Positions 22,527 to 32,120 of a DNA stretch of 64,000 bases are shown piece by piece; position 1 is the stretch's first letter, and every line of letters starts with the position of its first letter. Made by a program: the position numbers and the translations under genes. The DNA is from Terriglobia bacterium. Lineage in GTDB: Bacteria; Acidobacteriota; Terriglobia; 20CM-2-55-15. The notes below the pieces were generated by a model. That model saw only the letters and a program-made list of their open reading frames with translations. It did no database searches and was not told where the DNA came from. The stretch is taken from NCBI GenBank assembly GCA_965198225.1, contig CBDAOY010000005.1, positions 1 through 64,000 of the forward strand, given 5' to 3'.

Positions 22527-22710
22527 GCCACGGATTACCCGGATGCGAAAACCACGGATTACACAGAAGAATTCAGCCACGGATTGAACGGATTTAGCGG
22601 ATTACGAATGGTCTTTGGGAGCGCAGACCACAGGTGTTGTTCTATCCGTGTAATCTGTGTAATCCGTGGCCTGGTTTTCGCAGGAACAGGGGTCTGACCC
22701 AAAACACATG
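22527..22710. repeat. CCACGGAT(T)-type palindromic repeat, copy 1
   Basis: AGCCACGGATTGAACGGATT...ATCCGTGTAATCTGTGTAATCCGTGGC; homologous to 25082-25216. Confidence 0.75.
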
Positions 22711-22766
22711 TAGTTTGTCGCAGACCGCGAATCGCCGTATGATGGACATTCATCAGGAGGCATAAG

Positions 22767-23210
22767 ATGAAGAAACCGCTGACAGTTATGGCACTGGTGA
22801 CGCTGGCCTTTGCGGCGGGTTCCGTCTACTCCCAACAACCCGGGTTGGATGCCTATCTCGAAGCGGCGGAGATCAGCGAGATGGACTGGAGGCTGCACCT
22901 GGTCGACGAACAGCTTCTCGAAGCGCTCCGCGAGGGAGGAATCAACTACCATTCCCGGGCACGGTATACACTCGACAAGAAGATTCACATGGACTTCGTG
23001 GTCCCCGCCCGCGACTTGGATGGGTTCCCGGAAGCAGAACGGCAGAATCGTCTTCTACGGGTCGTGAATCTGTCGGGTACCCTGTTGGTTAACAGTCTTC
23101 CGGAGTTCCGGAGGGATCGAGATCTCTCCGTGGCGTTCGTTTCCAGCGGCAACCCGGACAGAGTCTACGCCGCCTACCGGGACGGTGAGTTGACGTTTCC
23201 GGCAAACTGA
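22767..23210 (+). CDS. Hypothetical secreted protein
   Basis: AGGAGG RBS and signal peptide MKKPLTVMALVTLAFAA. Confidence 0.8.
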   Translation: MKKPLTVMALVTLAFAAGSVYSQQPGLDAYLEAAEISEMDWRLHLVDEQLLEALREGGINYHSRARYTLDKKIHMDFVVPARDLDGFPEAERQNRLLRVVNLSGTLLVNSLPEFRRDRDLSVAFVSSGNPDRVYAAYRDGELTFPAN

Positions 23211-23279
23211 CCTCAGGCGATCTGATTGACTACCGCTCCAACGCTCGCGAAGCGGGCACACAGCAGGAGATGAACTTCG

Positions 23280-24779
23280 ATGAAAGTCCGGCTTAACTAC
23301 GACAGTCCCCAGAAAGTGAAAACCGATCTTCTGGTGGTCATTCTCGACAAGGAAACCAAGTTGCACGATCTCGGTCGATCTCCGCTGGCGCAGACTGTCG
23401 AGAGTGCCAGGAGGGCGTTTCGCTCCCGACGGCTTCGAAAAGAGCAACTGACGACGCTCAGCCCCCGTAGCGCGGCACAAAGCCTGGTGGTCTACTCGAC
23501 GTCGCTCGATCCGGCGTTCAACGTCTGGGAGAACGTCAAGATCTACGTCAGCCGCTCGATCCGGCTTGCCCGGGATCTGGGTCTTCGACGAGTTTCTGTG
23601 GTGCTCAACACGGATCAGGCTGTGTCTTTCGTCGGCAAGGCTGTGGAGGGGGCGCTGCTGGGTTCATATACGTTCGACCGCTACAAGAAGGACAGCGAAG
23701 AGCAGCGAAAGCGCCTCGACAGGATGGCGGTGGACGTCATCGGTATGAAGGCGCACGACGAACAGAATCGGTTCTATCTCAACCGCTACAAGACTGTCTC
23801 GGAGGCCGTCAACTTCGCGCGCGACCTCATCAACGAGCCGGGGTCGGTCGTCACGCCGCAGAGTCTGGCGGAAGAAGCGAAGCAGATTGCTGCTGAAGGC
23901 GGTCTGGACGTCAAGGTCTGGGACGAAAAACAACTCGCCAAGGAAGGCTTCACCGGTCTCATTTCCGTCGGAAAAGGGAGCATCCACAAGCCCCGCTTGA
24001 TCCGGCTGCGCTACACTGCCTCGGGATCGGACAAGTGTCTAGCGCTGGTCGGCAAGGGTGTCACGTTCGACACCGGGGGCATATCGCTCAAGCCCGCTGA
24101 CAAGATGTGGGAGATGAAGGCGGACATGTCCGGTAGTGCGGCGGTGCTGGCAGCGATGAAAGCGATCGCCCAACTGAAGCCGGCGGTGAACGTGGTCGGT
24201 ATCGTTCCGACGGCGGAAAACTCCCCGGACGCGGAAGCGCAGCGACCGGGTGACATCTTCGTCGCGCGCAACGGCAAGTCGGTCATGGTCGACAACACCG
24301 ACGCGGAAGGCCGCTTGATCCTGATCGACGGGCTGTTTCAGGCCGGGGTAGAGGGGGCGACCCACATCGTGGACATCGCGACTTTGACCGGTGCCTGCGT
24401 CCGTGCGCTCGGATCCAGCATCGCCGGAATAATGGGAAATTCTCCCGAGTTGATCCGGTCCGTGATCGCTTCGGGCCAGAACCATGGCGAGGAGTTCTGG
24501 CAGTTGCCCCTGCCTGACGAGTACAAGGCATTGTTGAAGACTCCCCACGCCGACCTCAACAACATCGGCGGTTCGCTCGCCGGGGCGACCACGGCGGGAC
24601 TATTCCTCCAGGAATTCGTGCCGGAAAGGACCGCGTGGGCTCATCTGGACATCGCGGGCCCGGCGTTCCAAGACAAGGCCTGGAAATACTATGAGGCCGG
24701 CGGCGTCGGTTTCGGGGCCAAGACGTTCATCGATCTGGCCGAACGGTTCAACGACTACTTTGAGCAGATTGATGCGTGA
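23280..24779 (+). CDS. pepA: Leucyl aminopeptidase (M17)
   Basis: VGKGVTFDTGG, MKADMSG, NTDAEGRL, ATLTGA, HLDIAG. Confidence 0.95.
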   Translation: MKVRLNYDSPQKVKTDLLVVILDKETKLHDLGRSPLAQTVESARRAFRSRRLRKEQLTTLSPRSAAQSLVVYSTSLDPAFNVWENVKIYVSRSIRLARDLGLRRVSVVLNTDQAVSFVGKAVEGALLGSYTFDRYKKDSEEQRKRLDRMAVDVIGMKAHDEQNRFYLNRYKTVSEAVNFARDLINEPGSVVTPQSLAEEAKQIAAEGGLDVKVWDEKQLAKEGFTGLISVGKGSIHKPRLIRLRYTASGSDKCLALVGKGVTFDTGGISLKPADKMWEMKADMSGSAAVLAAMKAIAQLKPAVNVVGIVPTAENSPDAEAQRPGDIFVARNGKSVMVDNTDAEGRLILIDGLFQAGVEGATHIVDIATLTGACVRALGSSIAGIMGNSPELIRSVIASGQNHGEEFWQLPLPDEYKALLKTPHADLNNIGGSLAGATTAGLFLQEFVPERTAWAHLDIAGPAFQDKAWKYYEAGGVGFGAKTFIDLAERFNDYFEQIDA

Positions 24780-25032
24780 AGAGTATTCAGAACGACTGGA
24801 CCGCTACCAGTTTCAGATGGGTTCGACCCGCGGAGGTCTCGCTACCGCGCTGGACATCCTGACCGACGCCCTGGCCCTGGTCGGGCAGCACGGCCTGTAT
24901 TGCCGGAGTGCCCGACAGCCGGAACAGCCGGCGATGGATGTCCGGCTGATCATGGATCAGATCGAAGAATCGAAAGGTTTGATCTTGACCGCGATGGAGG
25001 AACTGAAGGGGAATTCAGGACCGAGAAGTTGA
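24772..25032 (+). CDS. Hypothetical protein (86 aa)
   Basis: MREEYSERLDRYQ..., start overlaps the end of pepA. Confidence 0.7.
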   Translation: MREEYSERLDRYQFQMGSTRGGLATALDILTDALALVGQHGLYCRSARQPEQPAMDVRLIMDQIEESKGLILTAMEELKGNSGPRS

Positions 25033-25081
25033 GGCTTGGCACGCGTCCGGCGCAGCGTGCCGGCACGGGCCAAGAGAAAAC

Positions 25082-25216
25082 CAGCCACGGATTGCACGGA
25101 TTTAACGGATACAGCGGGGTCTTTCGGACAGCAATCCACGGGTTATTCCTATCCGTGTAATCTGTGTAATCCGTGGCTGGTTTCCCGGGGACGCAGTGGT
25201 CTAACCCAAACAGATG
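25082..25216. repeat. CCACGGAT(T)-type palindromic repeat, copy 2
   Basis: CAGCCACGGATTGCACGGATT...ATCCGTGTAATCTGTGTAATCCGTGGCTG. Confidence 0.75.
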
Positions 25217-25261
25217 TCCGGGCGTTTCTCGCAAACCTTAAATCGCCTGTGTGGAATTCCC

Positions 25262-27214
25262 TCAGAGATCCTCGGGACCGCAGATCTCGCCCTTGATTGC
25301 GGTGGCGGCGACGACGTACGGGTTCGCCAGATACGCGTCGCCCTCGCCCATCCTGCCGGGCATGTTGCGGTTCGTGGCTGAAATCGCAACCTGTCCCTTC
25401 TGCGGTCCACCGGGCCCGGCGTTGATGCAGGCCCCGCAACCGGGTTCGGTGATCATCGTGACTCCCGCCGCCATCAGCGTGTCGTGAACGCCGTTTCCGG
25501 CCGCCTCATCACGAACCCGCTCGGACCCGTACTGGATAAAAGTGGGTATCGTCACTCTACGACCGTTGAGGATTTCCGCATACATCCGGATCGAAGTCAG
25601 ATCGCCGGCCGTGCAGGACCCGGCGTAGGCCAGGTCGACCGGCCTGCCACGAACCTCGTCGAGAGGTACGCCGTTGCCCGGGTGCCCGGGCGACGCCACC
25701 AACGTCTGGACCTCGCCCAGGTCGAGTTCGATTTCCCGATCGACTTCCGATCCGGCGTCCGGATACACCAGACCGCTCTCGACATCCTCGCGCGCTATCC
25801 CACGGCGTTCGACCAGGTACCGAATCATTGGCTCGGTGGGTTCCATGATCGCGGTCAGGGCGTTGCACTCGACGGCCATGTTCGACAGCACGGCCTGTTC
25901 TTCCAACTCGAGCGTCGACAGTCCCGGGCCGACGAATTCCATGACCTTCCCGGTGAAGGTCCCTTCCTGCTTCCCCTGGCGCGCCAGGCGGAGCATCACG
26001 TCTTTAGCGGTGCAAGATGGCGCCAGTGAACCCGACAACCGCACCCGGACGGTTTGGGGTACCCGGCCGGCCACTTCATTGTGCTCCCAGATCGTGGCGA
26101 TCTCGGTGTTGCCGACGCCGTAGGCCAAGCAGTTCAGGGCTCCCGCCGAACATGTGTGGGAGTCGGTGCCCAGGACCACCTGGCCGGGAAGGGCGATTTC
26201 CTCGCGGATCACAGTGTGGCAAATCCCGTCGCTTCCGCCCGCGGCATTGGCGTGAAAGTGGATGCCGGCCTCTTCCGCAAACCGGCGTTGACCCTCGCGC
26301 ATGTCGCGGATTCCTGCCAGGGCTTCATCCGTGATGCCCGGAAGGCTCGGCGCAAGCGTCAGGTGATCGGGGAAGGTGTGGATCGACGCCGGGTCCTTCA
26401 CCCGCGGGGCGCGCCCGAGGGCGGAACGGAGCATTGCGGCACTGGGCGCCGTCGTGTAGTCGTGGGAAAAGCCCGCATCGACCCGGATGAAGCCAGCATC
26501 CCCGGGCTTGACGGCTCCGTTGGCGGCATTCATATGATCAGTTAGGATTTTTTCCGCAATGGTCATGTTCCGGGCAGCAGTCGAAATCGGTTGATCAACT
26601 TCTTCTCCCGCCGCTCGGGCCTCCATGAACCGGAAGAGCCCTCCGCGCCGGACGATTCGTCGAGTCAGATGGTCAAAGCCGCTGGTCAAATCATCCACCG
26701 AAACTCGTTCCTTGGCCACAAGTCGTTGAGCCAGTGAGAGATCACTCACAGGAAACATCCCGTTGTTAACCAGGTTCTGCCGATGGATCGGAGCGATGCT
26801 CGGGGCAAAAACGATGCCGATGCCGGCATAGAGGAGGGCCAGAGCAGCGACCTCCCTGGAAGATCCTTCACCCCAGCCGTCTCCAGCCAGGATCATCCCG
26901 AATCCGCCGTTGCGGATGTCGCCAGGCTCGATCATGCCTCCCCCGCCAAGCGAGCGGAGCACGAGCGTGCCGAGCCGGTCATCATAGTAATAGCAATCGG
27001 GATTGGCCTTAATGATGGCGTCGGTCGAGACGTGGCTGTAGAGTTCCGACACGGGAACCGGGTCCAGGGTCTCTCCGGCGAACTGTCGGCCCAAAGGGCC
27101 TGTTTCTGCAGTCAGGTACAGCGGTCGGCCGTCGAGCTGAATCGCCTTAACTAACTGATTATTATCGAGATAAATACTAACGTGGCCTACTCTTGGTGCC
27201 ATGTGTTCTCCCAT
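25262..27214 (-). CDS. Aconitase-family [4Fe-4S] hydro-lyase (N-terminal swivel domain fused to a LeuC-like domain)
   Basis: VSTDAII and GEGSSREVA (swivel domain); MTIAEKIL, DSHTCSAGA, GSCT, GCGAC, TNRN. Confidence 0.9.
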   Translation of the reverse strand: MGEHMAPRVGHVSIYLDNNQLVKAIQLDGRPLYLTAETGPLGRQFAGETLDPVPVSELYSHVSTDAIIKANPDCYYYDDRLGTLVLRSLGGGGMIEPGDIRNGGFGMILAGDGWGEGSSREVAALALLYAGIGIVFAPSIAPIHRQNLVNNGMFPVSDLSLAQRLVAKERVSVDDLTSGFDHLTRRIVRRGGLFRFMEARAAGEEVDQPISTAARNMTIAEKILTDHMNAANGAVKPGDAGFIRVDAGFSHDYTTAPSAAMLRSALGRAPRVKDPASIHTFPDHLTLAPSLPGITDEALAGIRDMREGQRRFAEEAGIHFHANAAGGSDGICHTVIREEIALPGQVVLGTDSHTCSAGALNCLAYGVGNTEIATIWEHNEVAGRVPQTVRVRLSGSLAPSCTAKDVMLRLARQGKQEGTFTGKVMEFVGPGLSTLELEEQAVLSNMAVECNALTAIMEPTEPMIRYLVERRGIAREDVESGLVYPDAGSEVDREIELDLGEVQTLVASPGHPGNGVPLDEVRGRPVDLAYAGSCTAGDLTSIRMYAEILNGRRVTIPTFIQYGSERVRDEAAGNGVHDTLMAAGVTMITEPGCGACINAGPGGPQKGQVAISATNRNMPGRMGEGDAYLANPYVVAATAIKGEICGPEDL

Positions 27215-27280
27215 GATGGATAAGCCGGTAATTGTAACATCCGCACCACACCCGCGAGTCCTGCCCAGGGCCGACAGAGC

Positions 27281-27556
27281 CTAGCAGCCCGTGGCAGAAC
27301 TCTGCAGGGTCGCGCGCAGGGGTCTTCGGGTTGCAGGCGCGAAGGGAGGAGCGGAGCGATGATCATTCATCGTGACCGACGAGCGACAAAGCCTGCGGCC
27401 CGACCCCCCCTGCGCCCTTCGGGTTACGGCGAAACGGGGCCGTCTTCGTTGTCGCCGACTCCTCCCAATGAATGAGCATTGTTTCGTCCTCGCCTCCTAG
27501 AATCCGGCCCCGTTTGGCCGCAACGCGGCCCTGCAGAGTTCTGCCACGGCTGCTAG
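27281..27556. repeat. About 270-bp structured MITE-like repeat, copy 3 (opposite orientation subtype)
   Basis: CTAG-CAGCCCGTGGCAGAACTCTGCAGGG...CCCTGCAGAGTTCTGCCACGGCTG-CTAG. Nearly identical to 31547-31823. Confidence 0.85.
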
Positions 27557-27608
27557 GCAAGAAGGCCATTATCTTGCTTTTTTGTCTTGATCTTGTTTGC
27601 GTCGCTTG

Positions 27609-27617
27609 TGGTATGCT
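27609..27617 (+). promoter_or_regulatory. Putative extended -10 element upstream of the small peptide gene
   Basis: TGGTATGCT (TGn-TATGCT) about 140 nt upstream of ATG 27757. Confidence 0.35.
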
Positions 27618-27756
27618 GCCCGCAAGTAGCAGGGCTCCCAAGATGAGGGGTCCTCGTTACCGGGAGCTCTTTCAGAAGAAAGAGCTTTACATCGGGAGCG
27701 TCCTCAGTGGATAACGCTCCGGTAAGTACTTACTAAATTGTCAGGAGGACAACAGG

Positions 27757-27882
27757 ATGGAACCGAAGAACAACGAAGGATTCGAGCTCGAACTCGAACT
27801 GATTATCGAAGAATTAGAGCCCAAGATCGCCCTTGGTGACGATGATTGGGGTGGATTCCCTGGTGGTGGCCCCTGGGGCTAG
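27757..27882 (+). CDS. 41-aa RiPP-precursor-like peptide MEPKNNEGFELELELIIEELEPKIALGDDDWGGFPGGGPWG
   Basis: AGGAGG at 27743-27748, 8 nt before the ATG; acidic leader-like N-half and Gly/Trp/Pro-rich C-half; own terminator. Not in the ORF track. Confidence 0.75.
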   Translation: MEPKNNEGFELELELIIEELEPKIALGDDDWGGFPGGGPWG

Positions 27883-27889
27883 CATCTAG

Positions 27890-27963
27890 GCAACTCCCCT
27901 GGTAGCCCAGGGGAGTTGCTTCTCGGCTCTTAAAAAAATGCAGCTTCGGCTGCATTTTTTTTT
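27890..27963 (+). terminator. Hairpin (27890-27919) followed by an intrinsic terminator (27932-27963)
   Basis: GCAACTCCCCTGG/CCAGGGGAGTTGC, then A7-TGCAGC-TTCG-GCTGCA-T9. Confidence 0.85.
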
Positions 27964-28084
27964 GCCCTTCCAACTCCCGCGCCGTCGACGACCCCCCTCC
28001 GGCCCGACCCCGACGCACATGCTATGATTCATCACGAACAATGCAACTGACTACGGACCACTGACTACTGGCAACTTCCGGTCT

Positions 28085-28414
28085 ATGCAACTCGGCGTTA
28101 CCGATTATATCGACTGCGCTCATTTCCTCCCGGGACACCCGAAGTGCGGCGCGTTGCACGGGCACACCTACAAGGTGGAGTTCATGATCGAAGGGGAGAA
28201 AGGCCCCGACGGCATGATCCTGGATTTCGAGGACGTGAAGGAGAAACTCCGGGCAGTCCTCAGAGAATACGATCACCGCTCGTTGAACGACTTCATGGAC
28301 TACCCATCCGTTGAGAATGTCTGCGAAATGATCCGAGACGAACTCGAAGGTCGGATGGAGTTCTCCTTCACCCTGCGGATCTGGGAAGGAAACGGTAAGT
28401 GGGCGGAACTATAG
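28085..28414 (+). CDS. queD: 6-carboxytetrahydropterin synthase (PTPS family)
   Basis: AHFLPGHPKCGALHGHTY, DHRSLND, PSVEN. Confidence 0.9.
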   Translation: MQLGVTDYIDCAHFLPGHPKCGALHGHTYKVEFMIEGEKGPDGMILDFEDVKEKLRAVLREYDHRSLNDFMDYPSVENVCEMIRDELEGRMEFSFTLRIWEGNGKWAEL

Positions 28415-28451
28415 ACCGTAGGCCGTTATCCGTTGAGGGCTATTCCCAAAC

Positions 28452-28766
28452 ATGCCTCGAATTGACGCACTAAAAGGTTTTCTCGAAGACGATCCCAAAG
28501 ACTCGTTCTCGCGATATGCGCTGGCGATGGAGTACGTGAAACTCGACCGCTATCGGGAGGCGCTGAACGAATTCGAGACCGTCGTCGAGAACGATGCCGA
28601 CTATGTCGCGACCTACTACCAACTGGCGAAAGCGTACGAGCACGAAGGTCGCAACAACGACGCTGAACGAGCCTATCGTTCCGGCATGGATGCGGCCACC
28701 CGGGCCGGTGATATCAAGACCAGGGACGAGCTGTCGGAAGCCCTCAACATGCTGCTTGGGAGCTGA
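28452..28766 (+). CDS. Small TPR protein
   Basis: DPKDSFSRYALAMEY...DYVATYYQLAKAYE. Confidence 0.9.
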   Translation: MPRIDALKGFLEDDPKDSFSRYALAMEYVKLDRYREALNEFETVVENDADYVATYYQLAKAYEHEGRNNDAERAYRSGMDAATRAGDIKTRDELSEALNMLLGS

Positions 28767-28918
28767 TGTCTGAGCCCCCACCAGACGCAGACCCCTCCTT
28801 TCTGTCCGTCTTCCTGGGCTCACTGGTTCCGCTGGCCGTGGCCGCTGGGATCGCAGCGGTTGGATTCTTCCTTTTCTACCTTTTCTGGTTTGGGACCGAT
28901 TGGATAATTGGTCGGTAA
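28766..28918 (+). CDS. 50-aa single-pass membrane protein
   Basis: TGATG overlap with the TPR gene; MSEPPPDADPSFLSVFLGSLVPLAVAAGIAAVGFFLFYLFWFGTDWIIGR. Confidence 0.6.
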   Translation: MSEPPPDADPSFLSVFLGSLVPLAVAAGIAAVGFFLFYLFWFGTDWIIGR

Positions 28919-28919
28919 A

Positions 28920-28988
28920 TGTAGGTGCGCTCTATGAGCGCACGACGTTTCGGTTCGAAGAATGTGCGGTCTTAGATCGCACCTACAC
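28920..28988. repeat. GTAG-type REP doublet, copy 5
   Basis: Same arms as copy 1; contains the ligD stop codon. Confidence 0.85.
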
Positions 28989-31535
28989 TCTCCCCGCAAG
29001 CGCTTCCAGAAACGGGCGAATGTCCTGCCGGTCTGTCAAGACCGGGGCGAAGAGGTCGCCCACGCGTTTCAGGCGACGGTGGATGTTCGTCATGTTGAAC
29101 TTCCGCGGGTCGATGGCCCGGCGCAGCTCTTCCCATCGCAGTGGCGCCGACACGGGTGCCCCCGGCCGGGCCCGCGGAGAGTACACCCCGGCCACCGTCT
29201 TGCCTTTCACGTTTTGTAGAAAGTCGATGTAGACGTTCTTCGGGCGGCGGCTCACGACGCGCTCGATCGTTGCCAGGTCCGGCGCCCGCGACACGATGAT
29301 CGTCGCGATGGCCTCGGCAAACACCCGAACGTCGTGGTAGGTGAACGTGTCCTCCAGAATCGGCAGGTACACATGGATTCCGCTGGCTCCCGATGTTTTG
29401 GGATACGCCCGAAGCTCGAGTTCATCCAGCACCTTCTTCAGCTCCAGCGCGACCTTCTGCACCATCCGGTAGGGAACCTTATCGACGGGATCGAGGTCGA
29501 AGATGATGTAGTCGGGGTGGTCCAGGTGCTCCAGGCGCGAACTCCACGGGTTCTGTGTGATCCCACCCGCGTTGGCCAGATAGATCAGCATCTCTCGATC
29601 CGCGCCTATGAAATATCGCGTGTACTTCTCGACGTCTGCGCTCCAGAGCTCCTGGGTGCGAACCCAGTCGGGGGTGTAGTCCGGGGCATCCTTCTGGTAG
29701 AAGTACTCCCCGTTGATCCCATCGGGGTATCGCTTGAGGACGAGGGGCCGATCGGCGAGGTAGGGGCCCATCACCCCGGCGATCCCGTCGTAGTATCGGA
29801 CCAGATCTCCTTTCGTCAGACCATCGTCGGGCCAGAACATCTTCGTCATGTTGGTCAATCGGACACGTGTTCCCGCTCCGTCCGCTTCGGTGGCGGCTTC
29901 GACCTCCTCCGGTTTCGGAGCGTCCTCCACAGGAGGGAAATCGTCGGCGGGTTCTTCGCGCAGAACGCAATCCCTCGGATCCTTATCGTCCCGGAATCGT
30001 TCAAAGACCGGTGCCCGGAGCTTGGAGTCGGGGGTCCACTCGTTGAACTTCACCTCGCAGACTAGATCCGGGCGTACCCACGTGGCCCCGGCGAGTTCGG
30101 AAGGCACGGGCTTGAACGGCGCACGCTTCCGGACGAGCGGTTTGATAATGTTCCGTGCGTTCTCGAGGCCCGCATCGTCGAACCCGCTTCCGGCGCGACC
30201 GACATAAACCAGCGCCCCCCGGCTGTCATAGAGCCCCAGCACCAGTGCGCCGAAGTGCTTCCGTGACGCCGCCGGAGGAGTGAAACCGACGACGACGAAG
30301 TCGTCGGACTGCGTGGTTTTAATCTTGAGCCACTGGCGGGATCGGCGTTGATGGTACGAGCTGTCCTTTCTCTTCGCCACGACCCCTTCCAGAGAATGCG
30401 CCGCCGCCGCCGAGTAGAATTCCCGGCCCTGCCCCTCGACGTGATCGGTGTAGCGGATCCACTCTTCGTCATCGGGAATCATCTTGCGAAGCACCGCCTT
30501 CCGGTCCAGCAATGGAGAACCCGTCAAGCCATGACCGTTGATGTGGAGCAGATCGAAGGCGTAGAAGAACACAGGAATCGACTCCTCGGCCTTGTCGATG
30601 TCAGAGGATCGTGTCAGGTTGATCCTGGGCTGGATGAGACTGAAGCGGGAACGGCCTTCCTCGTCGAACGCGACGATCTCTCCATCGATGACGGCACGGT
30701 CTGCGGGAATCTCTCTCAATTCCCGAACGAGTCCGGGGAACCGCCTTGTGAGAGATCGGTCGTTGCGGCTTCGGATCTCCACGTTCGTGCCGTCTTTGAT
30801 CACGATCGCCCGAATTCCATCCAGCTTGAGTTCGAAAACCCAGTCGTCACCGTCGAAAGGATCCGTCGCCAGAGTCGCCAGCATCGGAGAGACCGTCGTC
30901 GGGAGTGGTGTCCGGCGCCCGGATTTCATCGCCCGCCCTTCGAGCTCCCGCTCCACGGCGACATGCCAGTGTCGCGTGTCGGTATCCGAGTCTCCGACGT
31001 GTTCAATGGTCACACCGGAAACGACCGACTCGGGCCGTGCTTGGGTGATGTCGGAAGTGGAGACAAAGTCATCCCGCACCTTGAAGAAGATCCACTGCCG
31101 CTCCTCCCGACGTGTTCGGACCAGTACCCACTCGCCTCCGAGTTTCTTCCCGTGGATCTCGAAGTGGAACTTCCCCTTTTTCCACCCTTCTTCCGGAGTC
31201 GACGGATCCACCATTCGGTAGGTTCCCTGATCCCAGATGATCACGTTGCCGGCGCCGTAGTTTCCCTTTGGGATGACACCCTCGAAACTGCCGTAGTCGA
31301 CAGGATGGTCTTCAGTCTGGACCGCCAGCCGCTTCTCGCCGGGGTCGAGCGACGGCCCCTTCGGTACGGCCCATGACCGCAATACACCCTCCATCTCCAG
31401 GCGCAGATCGTAATGGAGCCGTGTCGCACGGTGTTTCTGGATTACGAACGAGTTCCCCCGGCTACCTTTCAGCCGGCCCTCCGGCTCGGGTGTAGCGTCG
31501 AATTTCCGCTTCTTGTGATATTCGCCAAGACCCAT
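28983..31535 (-). CDS. ligD: DNA ligase D (phosphoesterase, ATP-dependent ligase and primase-polymerase domains)
   Basis: FVIQKHRATRLHYDLRLE, ELKLDGIR, EGVVAK, WLKIK, FDLDP, KTSGASGIH. Confidence 0.96.
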   Translation of the reverse strand: MGLGEYHKKRKFDATPEPEGRLKGSRGNSFVIQKHRATRLHYDLRLEMEGVLRSWAVPKGPSLDPGEKRLAVQTEDHPVDYGSFEGVIPKGNYGAGNVIIWDQGTYRMVDPSTPEEGWKKGKFHFEIHGKKLGGEWVLVRTRREERQWIFFKVRDDFVSTSDITQARPESVVSGVTIEHVGDSDTDTRHWHVAVERELEGRAMKSGRRTPLPTTVSPMLATLATDPFDGDDWVFELKLDGIRAIVIKDGTNVEIRSRNDRSLTRRFPGLVRELREIPADRAVIDGEIVAFDEEGRSRFSLIQPRINLTRSSDIDKAEESIPVFFYAFDLLHINGHGLTGSPLLDRKAVLRKMIPDDEEWIRYTDHVEGQGREFYSAAAAHSLEGVVAKRKDSSYHQRRSRQWLKIKTTQSDDFVVVGFTPPAASRKHFGALVLGLYDSRGALVYVGRAGSGFDDAGLENARNIIKPLVRKRAPFKPVPSELAGATWVRPDLVCEVKFNEWTPDSKLRAPVFERFRDDKDPRDCVLREEPADDFPPVEDAPKPEEVEAATEADGAGTRVRLTNMTKMFWPDDGLTKGDLVRYYDGIAGVMGPYLADRPLVLKRYPDGINGEYFYQKDAPDYTPDWVRTQELWSADVEKYTRYFIGADREMLIYLANAGGITQNPWSSRLEHLDHPDYIIFDLDPVDKVPYRMVQKVALELKKVLDELELRAYPKTSGASGIHVYLPILEDTFTYHDVRVFAEAIATIIVSRAPDLATIERVVSRRPKNVYIDFLQNVKGKTVAGVYSPRARPGAPVSAPLRWEELRRAIDPRKFNMTNIHRRLKRVGDLFAPVLTDRQDIRPFLEALAGRV

Positions 31536-31546
31536 CGTGAAACCCT

Positions 31547-31823
31547 CTAGCAGCCCGTGCCAGAACTCTGCAGGGTCGCGCGCAGGGGTCTTCGGGTTGC
31601 AGGCGCGAAGAGAGGAGCGGAGCGATGATCATTCATCGTGACCGACGAGCGACAAAGCCTGCGGGCCGAACCCCCCTGCGCCCTTCGGGTTACGGCGAAA
31701 CGGGGCCGTCTTCGTTGTCGCCGACTCCTCCCAATGAATGAGCATTGTTTCGTCCTCGCCTCCTAGAATCCGGCCCCGTTTTGCCGTAACGCGGCCCTGC
31801 AGAGTTCTGCCACGGGCTGCTAG
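31547..31823. repeat. About 270-bp structured MITE-like repeat, copy 4
   Basis: CTAG-flanked; nearly identical to copy 3. Confidence 0.85.
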
Positions 31824-31850
31824 CAGGCGGCGGCTTGTATAATACGTGTC

Positions 31851-32120
31851 ATGGGTCGGCTGCGAATCAAAAAGAAAGAAGTGGTCCTGCCGTTCCGGCA
31901 AACCGTTGCCTACCGCTTCATTATCGTCGCGGTACTGCTCATCGTCTTCCTGATCGGGGGGACGCGGGCGATCAGTTCGTTTCAGAGGGCCGACACCACC
32001 GGAATGATCGTCGGGATCGCTCTAGCCCTCGCCTCAGCCGTCGGGGCCTTCTACAATCTCGAAAAGATGCGATATGCCCGGATTCCCAAGAAAACCGCCA
32101 TGAGGATGAAGAGGCGATGA
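31851..32120 (+). CDS. Hypothetical two-TM membrane protein
   Basis: Two hydrophobic segments; ATGA overlap with the next gene. Confidence 0.7.
   Translation: MGRLRIKKKEVVLPFRQTVAYRFIIVAVLLIVFLIGGTRAISSFQRADTTGMIVGIALALASAVGAFYNLEKMRYARIPKKTAMRMKRR

Noticed and set aside
14744-28414. folE plus queD as a 7-deazaguanine DNA-modification (dpd) cluster
   Set aside because: The genes are 13 kb apart among housekeeping genes, with no dpdA, queC or queE in the window.
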